A stretch of DNA of 64,000 nucleotides from the human T2T-CHM13v2.0 reference genome, Homo sapiens, in assembly GCF_009914755.1 (NCBI RefSeq), contig NC_060937.1; one strand, 5' to 3'. The notes beneath the pieces are model-generated. The model ran no database searches and was not told the DNA's origin. It saw only the letters and a list, made by a program, of their open reading frames with translations. The position numbers and the translations under genes are program-made. Positions 12,302-26,200 of the stretch are shown here, in pieces. Every line of letters starts with the position of its first letter. Position 1 is the stretch's first letter.

Positions 12302-13799
12302 CAGAATTTATTTTCAAGAAGAAATTTATACTTAGCAAAGTTAATTTAAACAAAACAAGCCCTCTACTTGATGAGATGGTTCTCACTGACATTTGATTAA
12401 CTCTTATTTTGCATGCAGGGAGCCACAGCTAAAACACTGTATAAACTATCAGTGATGTAGGATGTGTGAGTTTTTCACCCGTGAAAATATCGTTCAATAT
12501 GATAGGAAGAATCACTTGAATTAATACCACATTGCTATGGTTGTGTTTTGAAAACTTAAAGCAGTAAATCATGCATTAAGAAGTAATAACTGGCTTAGCT
12601 TCAGTGACTTTTCTATGCAACACTATTAATTAGTTTTCTGCACTAAACAGAATAATTTGGAAAAAGTAGATTCTAAAATTGAGTCACAGTTTAGAACTCC
12701 CCTCCTCTTTGCCAGCATTGAAATATGACTGAAGATGTTATCAAGTACAAATGGATGCTCTTAAAGAAAATGGTACAGTTTTATTTCTTTAATTTCAAAT
12801 ATTCACGATGAACAATAATAGGACATTCTACCCAGAGCTCAGAAAGAAGAGTGTTAAACATGGAACAACTTTGAAGCAGTTTGGTAAGTTGATTTTGTTT
12901 GTATGTGCACTTAAAAGGTTTTGATGACATATATTACTTAATTGCTTCTACTTGGGAAGAGAAAGGATACCAGGATACAGAACTGAGTTTACAGGTGCCA
13001 TCATGCTATGCGAGGCTTGGACACTGAGGGAGAAGGTCAATCTACTGAGAGAAAAGTCACAAAATAAAGCAATAAACACCACATCTAGAACAGGAGAAAT
13101 TCTATCACAGCTTTCGCATAAAGCCTTTTAACCATTAAAAACCGTATGAATGTCAAATAGCAATCAGTGAAGACATTCAGGGCCATAGGTATCTTTGACT
13201 ATACAGACCTGGAAAGCTACTGGCTACAGACACTCAAGAGTGAAAAGACGGAAGAGCAGAAAGCAGTGATGGCAGGTGCACATGTGTGCGTGTCTACATG
13301 TGTGTGCGTGCAAGCACATGTACACATAGGGGGTATAGATCAAGAAAACATACCGTCCAGGCTCAGTGATGTACACTGACGCTTTTCTGAGAAAGACCAG
13401 ACAGTACTGGCAATAAACTGCACCTCCCCCAACCCCCGACTTTTTTGTTTGTTTGTTTTGCTAGAGACATGTTTAACAACATAAGATTATTTATGGAGTT
13501 GTTTATTTTATTTCCCCTCAAACTATTGTTTGGAACAGCTTGGTGTCTTGATTTTTAATAAATTCTGTTGAGGAAAAACATCACTTTCTAAGTCTAAGAT
13601 CTTACTGTTAAAAGTTATGACGATTTATGCAGGTGGAATCTCTCAGTTAAGAAAAAAAATTTAACATAATTTCAAAATAAAAAACAAAACAAAAAAAAAG
13701 CTTTTCTTCTAGTATAATTTAAGGGACCGTTTCTTATTGCCACAGTAATTCAGAAAAACTTAATATAGTGGGAACATGAGAGTCAATGGTAAAAGAATA

Positions 13800-14188
13800 A
13801 GTAACTTCACATAGAAGAGCCAGCCTTAGACACACCTGAATATGTGTCCTGAGCTAGGGAATCCGGGAGTGGCCAATGTGGAGAGTCATTCCTTGTCTAT
13901 GAGGAACAGCTGAGCCCTCGGCCCATCCTGTGGAACATGGGCCGTACAGGGACTCGAGGTCCTAAGTTCTGGATTAAATGAAGGTTGCCAGGTGGAAGTC
14001 ATTAGCTGGGTGGTGTTAAGTGAAAATGCTATAGATGAACTACATGCTGTTTGCAAGCAGTTGCAGTTTTCCTGCCCAGCTCACTGCCACAGGGCCATGT
14101 GGATATCTTGTCCAGCCCACTGCCACTGGACTCTCTCTTTCCTTGTATATAAGCCCCCAATAAAACCCCATGTCTTGAAAAAAAAAAA
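13800..14188 (+). mobile_element. ERV-type LTR fragment (LTR47-like from memory) ending in an A11 tract
   Basis: GAGCTAGGGAATCCGGGAGTGGCCAA...TAAGCCCCCAATAAAACCCCATGTCT resembles an ERV LTR; family assignment and 5' boundary tentative. Confidence 0.6.
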
Positions 14189-15764
14189 GTCATTCTTGAT
14201 ATGCTTAATATGGGCCAAAATCTACTAAGATAGAGGAATTGTGTTTTAAAAATAGGCGGCCAGATGACCACTGCAATAGCAATGACTCAGCTCACATTTT
14301 TAAAGAAAAGAATAATGTAAGAGTTCTAAAGATAAAACATAATTCCCTATTGTCTATATTAGCTGTACTTAAGCATCAGATTTTTAAAAATGAAACTTCC
14401 CAGGGAAGGGATAGTGATAATATCTAATGAAAATATTCTGAACCATGGAGAAGCAGGTGTTTGAGTGAATTATTTCCAGCACATAATCCAGTGCCTGCTC
14501 TGAAGATTCTGACAGTCTCAATCATTAAAATATCCTTGCCAAGATACGAAAAGGTCTAGCTGGGAAAGGGTCAGAGTAAAAAGTTCATGGTGGGGAGGGT
14601 GCACATCCCACAACCCTCTAGCTCTTTCTACTGTCACTAATTGCATGCAATGATATTAATGACCCAGTAATTGCGAGACGAGTGGCACTGAAGTGGAAAA
14701 CATCCATCGGAGGCAGAGTTCATCTCTAGGCGGTGGGACTTCACCAGCGACCGAATTAATGTCTGCTGACAGTTTAGAATATAACAACACTGCAGAGGAG
14801 AAAATGCGTCACTCTCATGGACACACACAGCTTAGATGGACATCACAGCTTAGATGGACATGTTGTTTGCTTTGACCATCTAGAGACCAGTAGTAACCCC
14901 AATAAGGTGCCCCTATCTAAATTTGCCCTACACATGAACCTTATTCCGTCCAGGGGACATGTTCTATCCTCTAAGAATCCAGAGCAATTTCCCGCGTTTG
15001 TGCCAATAAAAGAATACCTTCATCCCCTGTTTAACATCAGGAACAACAAAATGGGCTACTTCACCAATGCAAAAAACCACTTGCAAAGCACAACTGTCAC
15101 CCAGCCTGGCTCCTCTGTAATGAGATCAATTACACTCCAGCTTGAGGGTCTGCCAATCCATCAGTCCTTCTATGCAGCCAGCCAACCAACAAAACTGCTG
15201 CACTTGTACTTGGCTAAGGGAATTTGAAGTCTCATACCACCTCTACTTGTATGTTTGAGAGATTTTTATTTTTAATCACTATATGATGTAGCAACTTTCT
15301 ATTGAGGGGCTTAAAGTACTTGCTAACATAAAAACACAAAATAGTATAGATTTATTGAAAAAATGGAATTAAGAGTATGTCTAAAAAGAAAAAGAAAATT
15401 CATAAGAGCTAACAAATTGCCACTATAACCACCTTTTCCCAATGGCCTTCCTTTCCTAGTACCCTGTAGGATTTTCTTAGTTCAACTTTGGGGGCAGATG
15501 ATTGCAAGCTGGTTATATGTTACACAATATATGACAAAGCGTCAGTACCAAAATGTCTGATACAAGCATACAGTCCATCCTTTATAGTTCATGAGCTTCT
15601 CTGCTGTTGCTATGTATGCAACATGTGTGTACGTATACTCTGCTGTCTCTACATATGTGTTATGTATGCATACATACTATCTTTACTATTGCTACATGTG
15701 CACTTAGATGTTTGGACCCAGGAGGCACTGTTGTAAACTAACAACGCCGGCCTAAGGGTCCAGC

Positions 15765-15860
15765 GGCCCTGGATTGAGTTTTGTTTCTGACATTTGATGG
15801 CCAACTGAATTGTACTAAGCTACTCACACTAAGTTTCAGCTTTCTCACAGTGATAAAAAT
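15765..15860 (+). mobile_element. Degenerate MIR fragment
   Basis: Weak similarity to the MIR core (…TAAGCTACTCAC…TCAGCTTTCTCA…). Confidence 0.35.
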
Positions 15861-17217
15861 TGCTCTAAGACCTGTGTTTCTAGACTTCAAAGTGAGACAA
15901 GAGTATGTGAAGGCCACAACACTTCCCTAAGTGATCAAACACTCAGCCCGAGATTTTGAAACTTCAGGAACAAATGTGACTCTTAAGAACTATACAAATA
16001 AGTTAAAGTAGTATTTGCTTGTCTGGTCTGTGCATCTTGGCTATTTTCATGTGTTTTATTTTGCTTTAAAGTTTTATCTTCCTGATGAATGTTTAAAGGT
16101 TATTAAGAAAGAAGCCTGTCCTCTTTCATTCTTGTACTAGGTCTCTAGCATTGTCCAATTATTTATAAATCCCAGTGAACCTTTAAAAAGCCATAAATAA
16201 GGTGCTAAAGATACCAAGATACATTTTATGAAATAATGAAGGCAGTTTTATTCTGAGCAATTCCTAAATAATTCTTGCTGTCATGATGGCTTAGGTGATG
16301 TCATTTAATGTGAACAGAGTCTCCGTCCACAGCAGCTTTTTCTTCTTACACACAGAGCCATATGGGACAGACATCCCCAGGTCGTGACTCCGCTATACCC
16401 GAGAGCCAGGAGTTTCTCAGTGCAATCTCAAGTTAAGCAGAAGCTGAGACTTTAATCCTTAAATGTAAAGAATTTATCTTTATTCATATTAAATTCAATC
16501 AGGAGTCTCACTGACACACACTGGGAAAACCTTTAATACACCCAGAAAAGGAGTTCACATGATGTTCAGAAATAACAGAAACAACGCTTCGAATTATCAG
16601 ACTAATGGGCTGATCTACTTTCCCAGCTAGCCTCAGTGATAACGCAACCCTGACACATTTTCTTCTCTGGAAGACGATTTATACCACATTAGGATGCTAC
16701 TAAAATTATCAATAAAGAGACACTATTTTCATTGTGTAACAGGGAACTGAGAAAAAGTCCTGGCAAGGCTGGTAACATGGAAATTGGGAAAAATGATTAT
16801 ATGTATCTGAAGACTCCTCCCCTGTCTGTCTCTTTTGGGTCTTACAAAGGATCTGCTAACAAGCTTGGGCAATTCCATGAACAAAAAGATACATAAATGC
16901 ATGTTTCTTGGTAAAGGAAGCTCAAGGACAAAAGAGCTTTTATAACACTCAAAGAAGACAAAGAGAGAAGATCTTATAATTAAGTTATGCGGCATTACTG
17001 AAACGTGTAAACTCTCTGGAGTTCCATTTTATGGATGGACTTCAAATCAGCCAAGCTTTTGGGGTCCATCCTCTCCAGCTTGCAGCCGAACACAGGTCTG
17101 CCTCCAGCCTGGAGCCTCACACTTCCTCCCCTGCTCCAAAGTTAACTCTTAGTTATATGTATTTGGTGTCAAAGGTGGAAGTAATAAGCATTTTCTATAT
17201 CCCACCACATCTGGATT

Positions 17218-17320
17218 CCCATCAACCCTGTGAAGCAGGTGCTGTCATTATCCCCACTTTACAGATGAAGAGACTGAGGCAGACAGGGGTTAAGTTACTT
17301 GTCAAAGGGCACTCAGGAAC
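17218..17320 (-). mobile_element. MIR core
   Basis: ATTATCCCCACTTTACAGATGAAGAGACTGAGGC...GGTTAAGTTACTTGTCAAAGG is the reverse complement of the MIR core. Confidence 0.85.
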
Positions 17321-19003
17321 TCGGGTCTTCCAGACCCCAGACTCTCAACCTAAGATGTTGATCTGTTTCTCTTGGACAGGGGGAGGGTGGTGGTGGTGCT
17401 GTATCCCCCAAGATCCCAAATGCACAGTCTCTGGCAAGATTCTGATGAATATCCTATTACAAAGATGACAGCTGTAGGTTAGAAATAAAAATGAGTTTAA
17501 ATGCTTGAACTCAGCCATTATGCACAAGGTATCAAACAGAAATCCTCACCCCTCAATCAGAGGACCCAAATGACAGGCTGATGTTGCTGTATCACCAAAT
17601 GGGATTACATTTAATGATGGAAATGTGGCTTTTGCTACATTTATCGTACATAAATAATTCATCAAATAAAGCACATAATCGCTTTATACAGCCCACACAT
17701 TATTCTATATTCTAAAAGAAATCTATATGTTAAGAGGACATTTGAAAGCTCCTGTAACTATCTTGCTAAAGAACAGTGCATTCAGTACGTTTCAGTACTA
17801 CTTGCCAAACCTACACCCCAGAAATAAGTAAATCAAAAGCAGAGAAGAAAACAAATATATGCTTAACATAAGCAACAGACTCTGAAGTTCTTCTGCTTTG
17901 ATTCTTTAAGAATATTGTTTCATTATATTTGTGGAAGCATTTTACTTTATTTTGTGATTTTGCTTAGAAGTGGAGTACATGTCTAAAAAATAGCAAAGCT
18001 GTTTGTGAAGCTTTCCAATTTTACATACTCTTTATTAAAAAAAAAATAAAAAATAAAAAGCTATAGACAACTGAACCAATGAGGGCCCTAAGAAATGGCA
18101 GCTTCTCCAGACTTGTTCAGTGTTCCTTAAGGAAGACTTTGCCAAGGCATGGAGAGTGAGGGAGGCCTCCAAGAGGATGCCATGAACAACACAGGGTGGA
18201 TCTCACAGAACAACCTTTAATCAAACAGTCCTTCGGAAAGATGACTTACGGACTATGCCACAAGATGTGTCTTAGCTATGGATTTGCAGCAAAATAATGC
18301 AAAAGCCATATGAAGCTAAATTGGGAGGCGCTTCATTAATACGGTTTTCTTTGTCTAACAGCTCTGCTGTAGCTACTGTTCACTGGAAAAGTATGAACAC
18401 AATGGCATTCATTTTTCATCCATCTCTGACTCACATGATTTTGGTAGTGTGACGAAAACCTCTTTGTGGGTTATTTTGCAAGGTTTTATGCGAAGGTAGA
18501 ATAACCAGCCCACAGAACCTTCGTAAGGACAGCTGTTGCAAAGGGTCGACACACCAAACCTGCTGACTCATTCAGCTCTGGGTGTCGCCTCTGAAAAGAA
18601 ACTAAACCAGGCACAGAAAATGCTGCAAAGAAAACTCTACGGATAAAGGCTACGAACACAAGAAGGCTTTCCCAGTATCAACTGGAGCACTTAGTAAGTC
18701 TAAGACACAGCTTCCCTTGAAAATAGGCAATTTCAGAACAGTTATTTCATGAACATTAAAAAAAACTTTAAAGACAATAATAAAATAACTAGAGGTTAGG
18801 TAAATTAGCTACTCTATTTTTAAGGCAATTAAAGATCTGAACATAATAAAGAAAAGGTCTCTTCAGACCACATGGCCATAATATCTCCATCTTTGCATTA
18901 CTTGAAGATTAGGAGATCTCATTATGCAAATCAGGCCCAGGGCTAATTACTGAAATAGGTCACTTGAAAAAGCCAATTCTAAACAAGAATAAAAACCCAT
19001 ATA

Positions 19004-19162
19004 CAGATGCTCCATGACTTAGGTGGGGCTATGTCTTGATACTTGATAAGCACAAGGTAAGCTGAAAATATCATTAAATTGAAAATACATTTAATACTCC
19101 AATAAACCCATCAGAAAGTTGAAAAATTTAAGTGGAACTATTGTAAGTCGGTGACCATTCAT
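19004..19162. mobile_element. Tigger/MER47-like non-autonomous DNA transposon
   Basis: Starts TA|CAGATGCTCCATGACTTA, ends with the imperfect inverted terminus TAAGTCGGTGACCATTC; TA flanks. Confidence 0.65.
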
Positions 19163-20038
19163 ATATAATTTTGCCACAAGTTAAAAAACAAATAACCATC
19201 TATGAGAAGAATGAATGAGGATGCATATCAGTTTGCCACATATCTCCTAAGGGGACTTAGTTAATACTTAGTGTGTTTAAAAATACAGTTCAAATTAAAA
19301 ATTCATATTCACGTCTGAAACTCACAAGTGTGATGACTATATTTTAAAGCAGGTAACACCACAAATCAAATTAAATGTTTTTAAAGAATTTACAGAGGAT
19401 CATGTCCATTTGAAACCACACTAACAAGTGATCCTATATTGCATTTGTATGCCCAGCCCTAAGGTGGCTTGAAACTGGAGGAGACCGCCATCATTAGCCA
19501 GAACAATGACAATACTAAAAGCGTTTTTTAGGGAAATAAATTAAAGTTCAAAGAAATAAAATTGACTTTCTCATTAAGCTTAGGAAGCAGGACTAGCAAG
19601 TAGGACTCTAGGTTCCTGGTTTAATTCTTCTGAAATGCTGTTCATGTAGGGTACTCCCCAATGCAAGTCAGTCCCTCTGGACTACTCCTCACTGGGGAAA
19701 AGTCAAGCACTCCTCCAAAGCATCAGGTCTCTTTTTCCTCTCCATGGAAAGAAACCAGCACACAATAACATATTTATTATAACACTGCTCGTTCTGAAGG
19801 CGCTTACCAACTAGACACTCAGATTTGGGGTTAAACCCATGTAGAATTTATTAAAGCTGAACTCAAATGCTAATATTATTTACTGTCTCAAAGTGAACCA
19901 ACGATTTGAAGTGTTAAAAATATACATGTAAATTTTAATACTTTCCGTCATGCTACCTAGCACTATTTATAAATGTACTGATATAAAAATTACTAACTTC
20001 AAACACTTTCCTTCTCAAAAAAGCCAGTACAGAGCTTG

Positions 20039-20040
<2 letters not shown>

Positions 20041-20078
<38 letters not shown>
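20041..20078. repeat. (TG)19 microsatellite
   Basis: Seen directly. Confidence 0.97.
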
Positions 20079-20079
<1 letters not shown>

Positions 20080-21138
20080 ATTTGTCTGATATGCAAAGTA
20101 GTGACTTTTTAAAATCCATTCATTGTTTTGGTGTCTTGGAACTTATGCAGAAGCAATACAAAGTCAATATTAATTTCTAAAACTATTTTAACATTTGTTC
20201 TCTGCATTTCCCATTTCCTTTCTAGGGAAACTTGTAGATCAATGAGCTTTGCTGTAGGGTGGGTGAGAAATTGGCTTCTATATTTTCCCAAGTATCTGAA
20301 ACGCCTTCCTCTGCCTACGCCATCGTGGAAGTCTTTCAACTCTGCTGAAAGTCTCAACTGGACTTCCTGGCAAACTTCTTAGCCCTGAGTCCTCCACCCA
20401 GCCCTTATGACAGTCCCCCAAAGCAACATTCAAATAGCCTCTCGTAGTTTCAAACTTGAGACCCTCAATTCTGTATTAAGAAAGATTCATTTATCCCAGG
20501 CTACCATATGCTTTTGCATGGTAAATCGTAACTCTAAGGAGAGCTCTGATGGCCAGAGTAGTTCAGTAACTGCAATGAACCTGTTAGTGTGGTATGAAGA
20601 GTTTCCAAAAAAAGAAAATAATAGATGTCGTTATTGTGTAGATTAATATTATAATTATAAATTAAACTGCTTCTAAATACAAATCTCTCATGTATTAATA
20701 AAAAGCAATTATTAAATGCTCACCACATTAAGCAAAGAGATGTTGGTAAACAATTATTTGCATATCTTGCATATTATTTCACACTAAAGGTTAAACTCTT
20801 AATGTTTACTAAAATTCCACTTGCGCCCAGTGCGAACTTAGAATTTGCAAAGCATTCTTCGTGAAGTCATAAGCTAAAGTAAGAAGAGAGACTCTGGGTG
20901 TGTCGGCATTATCGGTGGGCGTGGGCTGCATCCACGCATTAGGGACATGCGTTCACTGCCCTAGGGCATCTCATCTCTAGTGTGTCCCCTCTTCCCGTAC
21001 CACGACCTTCTTTCTCCCACCCCACCTAGGGGCATTAACCTTCTTAATAAATGCATCTGATCAGTTTCAGTTGCCTGTAAATGTCATGCCTAACAGTAGC
21101 TTTCACTGAAAAAGTCTTACTTTAAAAGTCTTTACTAA

Positions 21139-21440
<302 letters not shown>

Positions 21441-21741
21441 TTACTAATATAAATACATTGTTAGGCTTCCAAAAGCTTAAAGTTTCCATTTATTTTACCT
21501 GGTAACTATTTTACATTTTCAAAGATTTCCCTACTATGCTGCATACTTGGCCACCCCATCTACCTGTTTCATTTCAGAATGCTTTTATTTTATAATAATT
21601 ACTCCTTACTAAGTATATACTCTACCACATTCTCTCTTTTTTTTCTTGTTGTTGTTGTTACTAATTCTTGGTAAGCTACTCTATGTATCAAGTTGGCTTT
21701 AAAAATAGGTTTTCATTCTGTGCTTTGAAGTGTAGCTCTTG

Positions 21742-21910
21742 AGCTGGGTGCAGTGGCACATGCCTGTAGTCCGAGCTACTTGGAGGCTGAGGTGGGAGGA
21801 TCACTTGAGCCCTGGAGTTCAAGGCTACAGTGAGCTGTGATCATGCCACTGCACGCCAGCCTCGGCAACAAAGCTAGACCCTGTCTCTAAAAAAATAAAA
21901 TAACAATAAA
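21742..21910 (+). mobile_element. Alu monomer (FRAM/AluJ arm)
   Basis: Single Alu arm with an A-rich tail and degenerate TSD (AAGTGTAGCTC / AAGTGCGGCTC). Confidence 0.88.
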
Positions 21911-22439
21911 GTGCGGCTCATAGGTTGAAATGCAAGAGTTTCAGTTTGATCACCAAGAGTCTCCTACCTAAAGTTTTAGAGTCCACCTTGGGGCAAATAA
22001 TAAACCAGTGGCAGATAGCAGTTCCCTAATAAACTGAAGTCTATGGTAACCAAGCCACTGGAAAATTCAACCCAATTAATTATGAGTATAATTTTAAACC
22101 AAAGAAATTAAGAAAAAAGACTTCATTGCTTGAATGACGCGAACAGCTGTCTGAGTCACCTAGACTTTAACACCACCTGGGGCCCTGGGAATGACGCTGA
22201 CGAGAGATCTGCACATAGTAGGCGTGGGCTCCAAATGTGCTCATCAGCTGACTTCACATCCTCACAAGTCAGCCTCAGATATGACCCAAGGGATACGTAC
22301 CATCTCTTCTTGAAACAGCGTGTCAAATTATATATATGTATGCAAAAAAGAGTAATGTACTAAGCAAACCAAGTTTCGTCTTTTTCTTCTGAATCTGGTT
22401 TTAATGTGACCTGTCATCCCCATCTTTCGAATTTATGAG

Positions 22440-22580
22440 CTCCATCTTCTCTAGACTGTTAACTTCTTGAGGAAAACATGCTATTTTACCACCTTTCACT
22501 GCTGAATCCCTAGCCCTTAAGCACAGTCTCTGGCACAGAATAAATACGAAATGAATGAGTGAATGAATGGATGGATGGGT
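22440..22580 (+). mobile_element. L2 3' end fragment
   Basis: CTAGACTGTTAACTTCTTGAGG...CTGGCACAGAATAAAT...GAATGAATG, typical of the L2 tail. Confidence 0.65.
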
Positions 22581-22938
22581 GAAGAGAAAAGGCAATGCAC
22601 AAGATTTACCTATCAAAATCCACCAATGGTCCTTAAAAATGGTTTTGTCAGTAGAGATGCTGAATATATTCATATAATACATTTATTTCAATACTATTAA
22701 GAATTCTAGTGTTTTTTTTTTCTCTTTGGGTATGTATACTTAATGAATACTGGTAGCACAGGGTCCCAAATTCAATGAAGTTTTCTTTGAAAAAAAAAAA
22801 GGGGGGGGGGGGACAATTTTTCCACATAGATTTTCATCAAATTATTTGTCACAATAATTTTAAGGAAACAAAAAATTGATACAAACCTATATAGCTTATC
22901 TTAATTTCTATAAAATAAATGAATAAAATTATACTTAC

Positions 22939-23222
22939 ATATAATGTAATAATCTTTGTTCTTCTGAAATTCTAGACCCCAGAGGTTAGGGCTGAATTCT
23001 TGAAACTTGATGGTGAATTTGATATCTTGGTCTGGTTTGGCACAGTTGAGGAGAGGGGTATTTTCCTTCTTAATAGTGCATCTGTCTGCTTGGTCTTTAT
23101 CAACCATATAAACTTTATAATATTCATACTGGCCAACAGTTTTAGAGTCCACTTTGGGGCAAATAATATCCAATTTGTCTCCTATCTGTGGGTATAGTAC
23201 CAGTCCTTGTCCAGGTAGAAAT
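22939..23222 (-). CDS. EFNB2: Ephrin-B2 coding exon 2 (ephrin receptor-binding domain incl. G-H loop FQEFSPNLWGLEF)
   Basis: Translates FLPGQGLVLYPQIGDKLDIICPK...KDYYII. Acceptor TTTTAG|A, donor TAT|GTAAGT; 284 nt, phase-compatible with exon 1. The G-H loop is the established Eph and henipavirus G binding loop. Confidence 0.98.
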
Positions 23223-26200
23223 CTAAAAGCATAAGAAAAAAAAGCCATTGAGTTGATAAAAATTAACAGTATTAATGACAGTTACAAGATAGCCAGGCAA
23301 TGCCCATAATCCCAAAGTACACATTTTCAGATTCACACTTTAATTTATCAAAAGTCTCTTACTTCAGATCAATATGGGATGAATGTATTTTGGAATTAAG
23401 CTTTAAAAGAAAAAGGAAAGACAGAAAGAAACCACTTTCCTTACTCTAAGCTGTAGGATCAGGCTACCTGCTGACATTTCTTTACCACCCCCTCGCTTGT
23501 AATATTTCAGTACTCCTTTGTGTAACTTTACCATAACTCTTCCTCCGTGGTGAGTCAGATCTCCCACATGTTTGTTATTTTTTAACCATTGGCAGCTTTA
23601 GTTTATTGGGCATGCCACAGAGAAAGCTCGTCAATTGGAGGGAACAGTGGATCCACTAATACTTTGTTGTCCTGTTAGTTTCCCTGTGCTGTTGATGTTA
23701 ATTAACAGACAAGTTTCATCAAGAATGTTTCAAATTACTTATCATAATTAGTCAGTCACTGATCAAACAATGGGTTTTTTATTACACTGAACAAAAGCAA
23801 TGTCTTACAAATGCGTAAAAGATAACCAGAAATAATTAGTTGTGGTATTGATTCAGCTGCAAAATGAAGTGTCCTCTACTTGCAAGGACAACTACTGTCC
23901 CTGCCCTATAAATCTTTTTTTTTCTTCCCTTGAGATGTATTTGCTCCAATTAATTCTCAGAAGCAAATCTTTAGAACTAAGACTACTGATACAATATCCC
24001 CTTAATGCTTATAGCTGAAAGCCTCCCTCCTCCCTTTCCTCTTTCTTGGTAGCCATGTTCCTGAATGATCTTTCTTAATGGGGAGTTTCTCTGAAAAACT
24101 GAAACAAGAACTTCCTAATGAACATCCTTCTACAAGTGCTAACACTAACAACACACTTAGAAATCTCAGCTCGTTTTGTAAGCAGCCAAGCCTGCAGGCT
24201 CATTAAAATATTAAAGCCTAAGAACAAAGAATCGCCTCTGAATCCTTCCAATCCAACCCTTTCTTTAACCAGAGACGCCCACCAGCCATGATGACTACAG
24301 GGTCATAATTCACTAAGAGATAAAGCAAGGATGATAGGGCACCCCCAATTTCAAACCCATACCAAGGGAATAGTTTATGATTTATGCTAATGAATGGTAT
24401 TAATTTTCTGAAAAGTGCATGAGTGTGGTTATGAAGCAGCACAAAACATAACAGAAATCATACTATGGATTCATATTAAAAACCCACACTCTTTATTGGG
24501 AAGAAAAATGTATGTGGCTGTTACCTCTTTCTTGGGAATGTGTTACTGTACAACCCCCAAAAGAGAAGGATGGTCCCTTTTTTTTTAACTGAGCTCCTTT
24601 AGCAAGGATATATGACATTCATTCATTCAAAAAAACTTTCTGTGAAACAGAACTCAAAACGAATTTTTATAACAATGATATATTTAAAACAACCATGTGT
24701 GTACTGTTGAAGAATTCTCTAGAACTTTTGACAAATGCAAATCACAGTGGGAGCCTCTCTGTGGTATCCCCTCAACCTTGTGAATGGCAATGTGTTCTCT
24801 GTAGACAATTTCATCTTCTTTATGGACAAAACACAATTCAGTTTCTCAAGTAACAGACTGAATCAGAATGTTTGGGATGAGGCTAATTTCTTTATCTCCC
24901 CCAGCCCCTCCAACACACACACAGTAATTCTGATGTGCTGCTGAGGTTAAAAACCTCAGGCAAGATGCCGGGCAGTAAGTACAAACTAAATTCCATAAAC
25001 ATTAAATTGATCATCTTCCTGACATTTCCTTTTTCTCCTGTCTTATTCCTTGACCTTTTTAGGACATCTTTAAGGTTTACAAACACCAGGAGTCAATTCC
25101 TGCCTAGGGTTTCTCATACACTCCAAACCTTTTCTATCCTTAATCTGCTCCTTTTGTAGCCTGCACAGACAGCACTATATAAGGGTTAGCTACTATTAGG
25201 GGAAGTATTCCTAAATTACAAGCCCTGGGGGCATCCCAGGCTTCAGAGATTAGGATCCTTAACCAAACCAGATGTACCCATTTCCTCAACCATTCATTCA
25301 GCTCTTTTAAGAAAATGCATTACACCCCCTCCCAAGCTGTACATCTCTGCAAATCTTAAAACTCTCCCACATTACACCCTATGTCTCAAGTTTGGCTCAC
25401 TAAGCTCCTTCTTCATTCAAAATGCTCCCAAGATCCTGTTTCCTTCATGAGGATTTTTTTTTTCCTGCTTAACTAAAGATTCACAGGAGGTTTCCTCCCA
25501 GGCCATGCAAGTCACTCCTCTTGACTCTCATCACTCACCGTCTCAGCGACAGTTCTTGCTGGTGCTGATGCGGTGAGGTCGAGAACATGGGACGCAGGGG
25601 TTGGTGTGGCTTTGGGGATCTCTGTGTTTGAGGCCATATTTTCAGAAGGCGTAAGTCATATAAATCATTTAATGAGCCTTTTAATTCATTTTACAAACAC
25701 GCCAGGCCTTCCTTGATGTAAAGTTTTCATTCAGTGTGTACTGTCCAACTTTGTTAAAAATCTATAATGGTCAGTGACGGCAATCCGGGGGATGCTTATC
25801 AAAGCGGAAGTGTGGTGGGGAGGCTCACATTTCAATATGCATATTAGATACGCTTGTAAAAAGTAAATCGTGACAAAGCTCACTATTCCTGATGATTCCA
25901 AAAGCATTAATTCACCTTTCAGAACACACTGTGGCAAAACGTGAGGCAAGAATTTGATCCTCGGCTCTTCAAAAGTAATTGTTTCTAGAGCTCATTAAAA
26001 CAATGATTGTTCCTTTAATTAAATCAATACAAAAGGCCCCAATCCTTGAGTGGTTTAGCAGCTTTTACTTTTTAAGCGTATATATAAACAGCCATAGCGC
26101 ACAGTCACTTTAAGTGAAGAAATTATGGCTTCTCAGTGGACAGAGTGCAGTTGAGCTGAGAGCCTGAACTACAGCTCTCCTGGCCATGTTTTCACTACGT

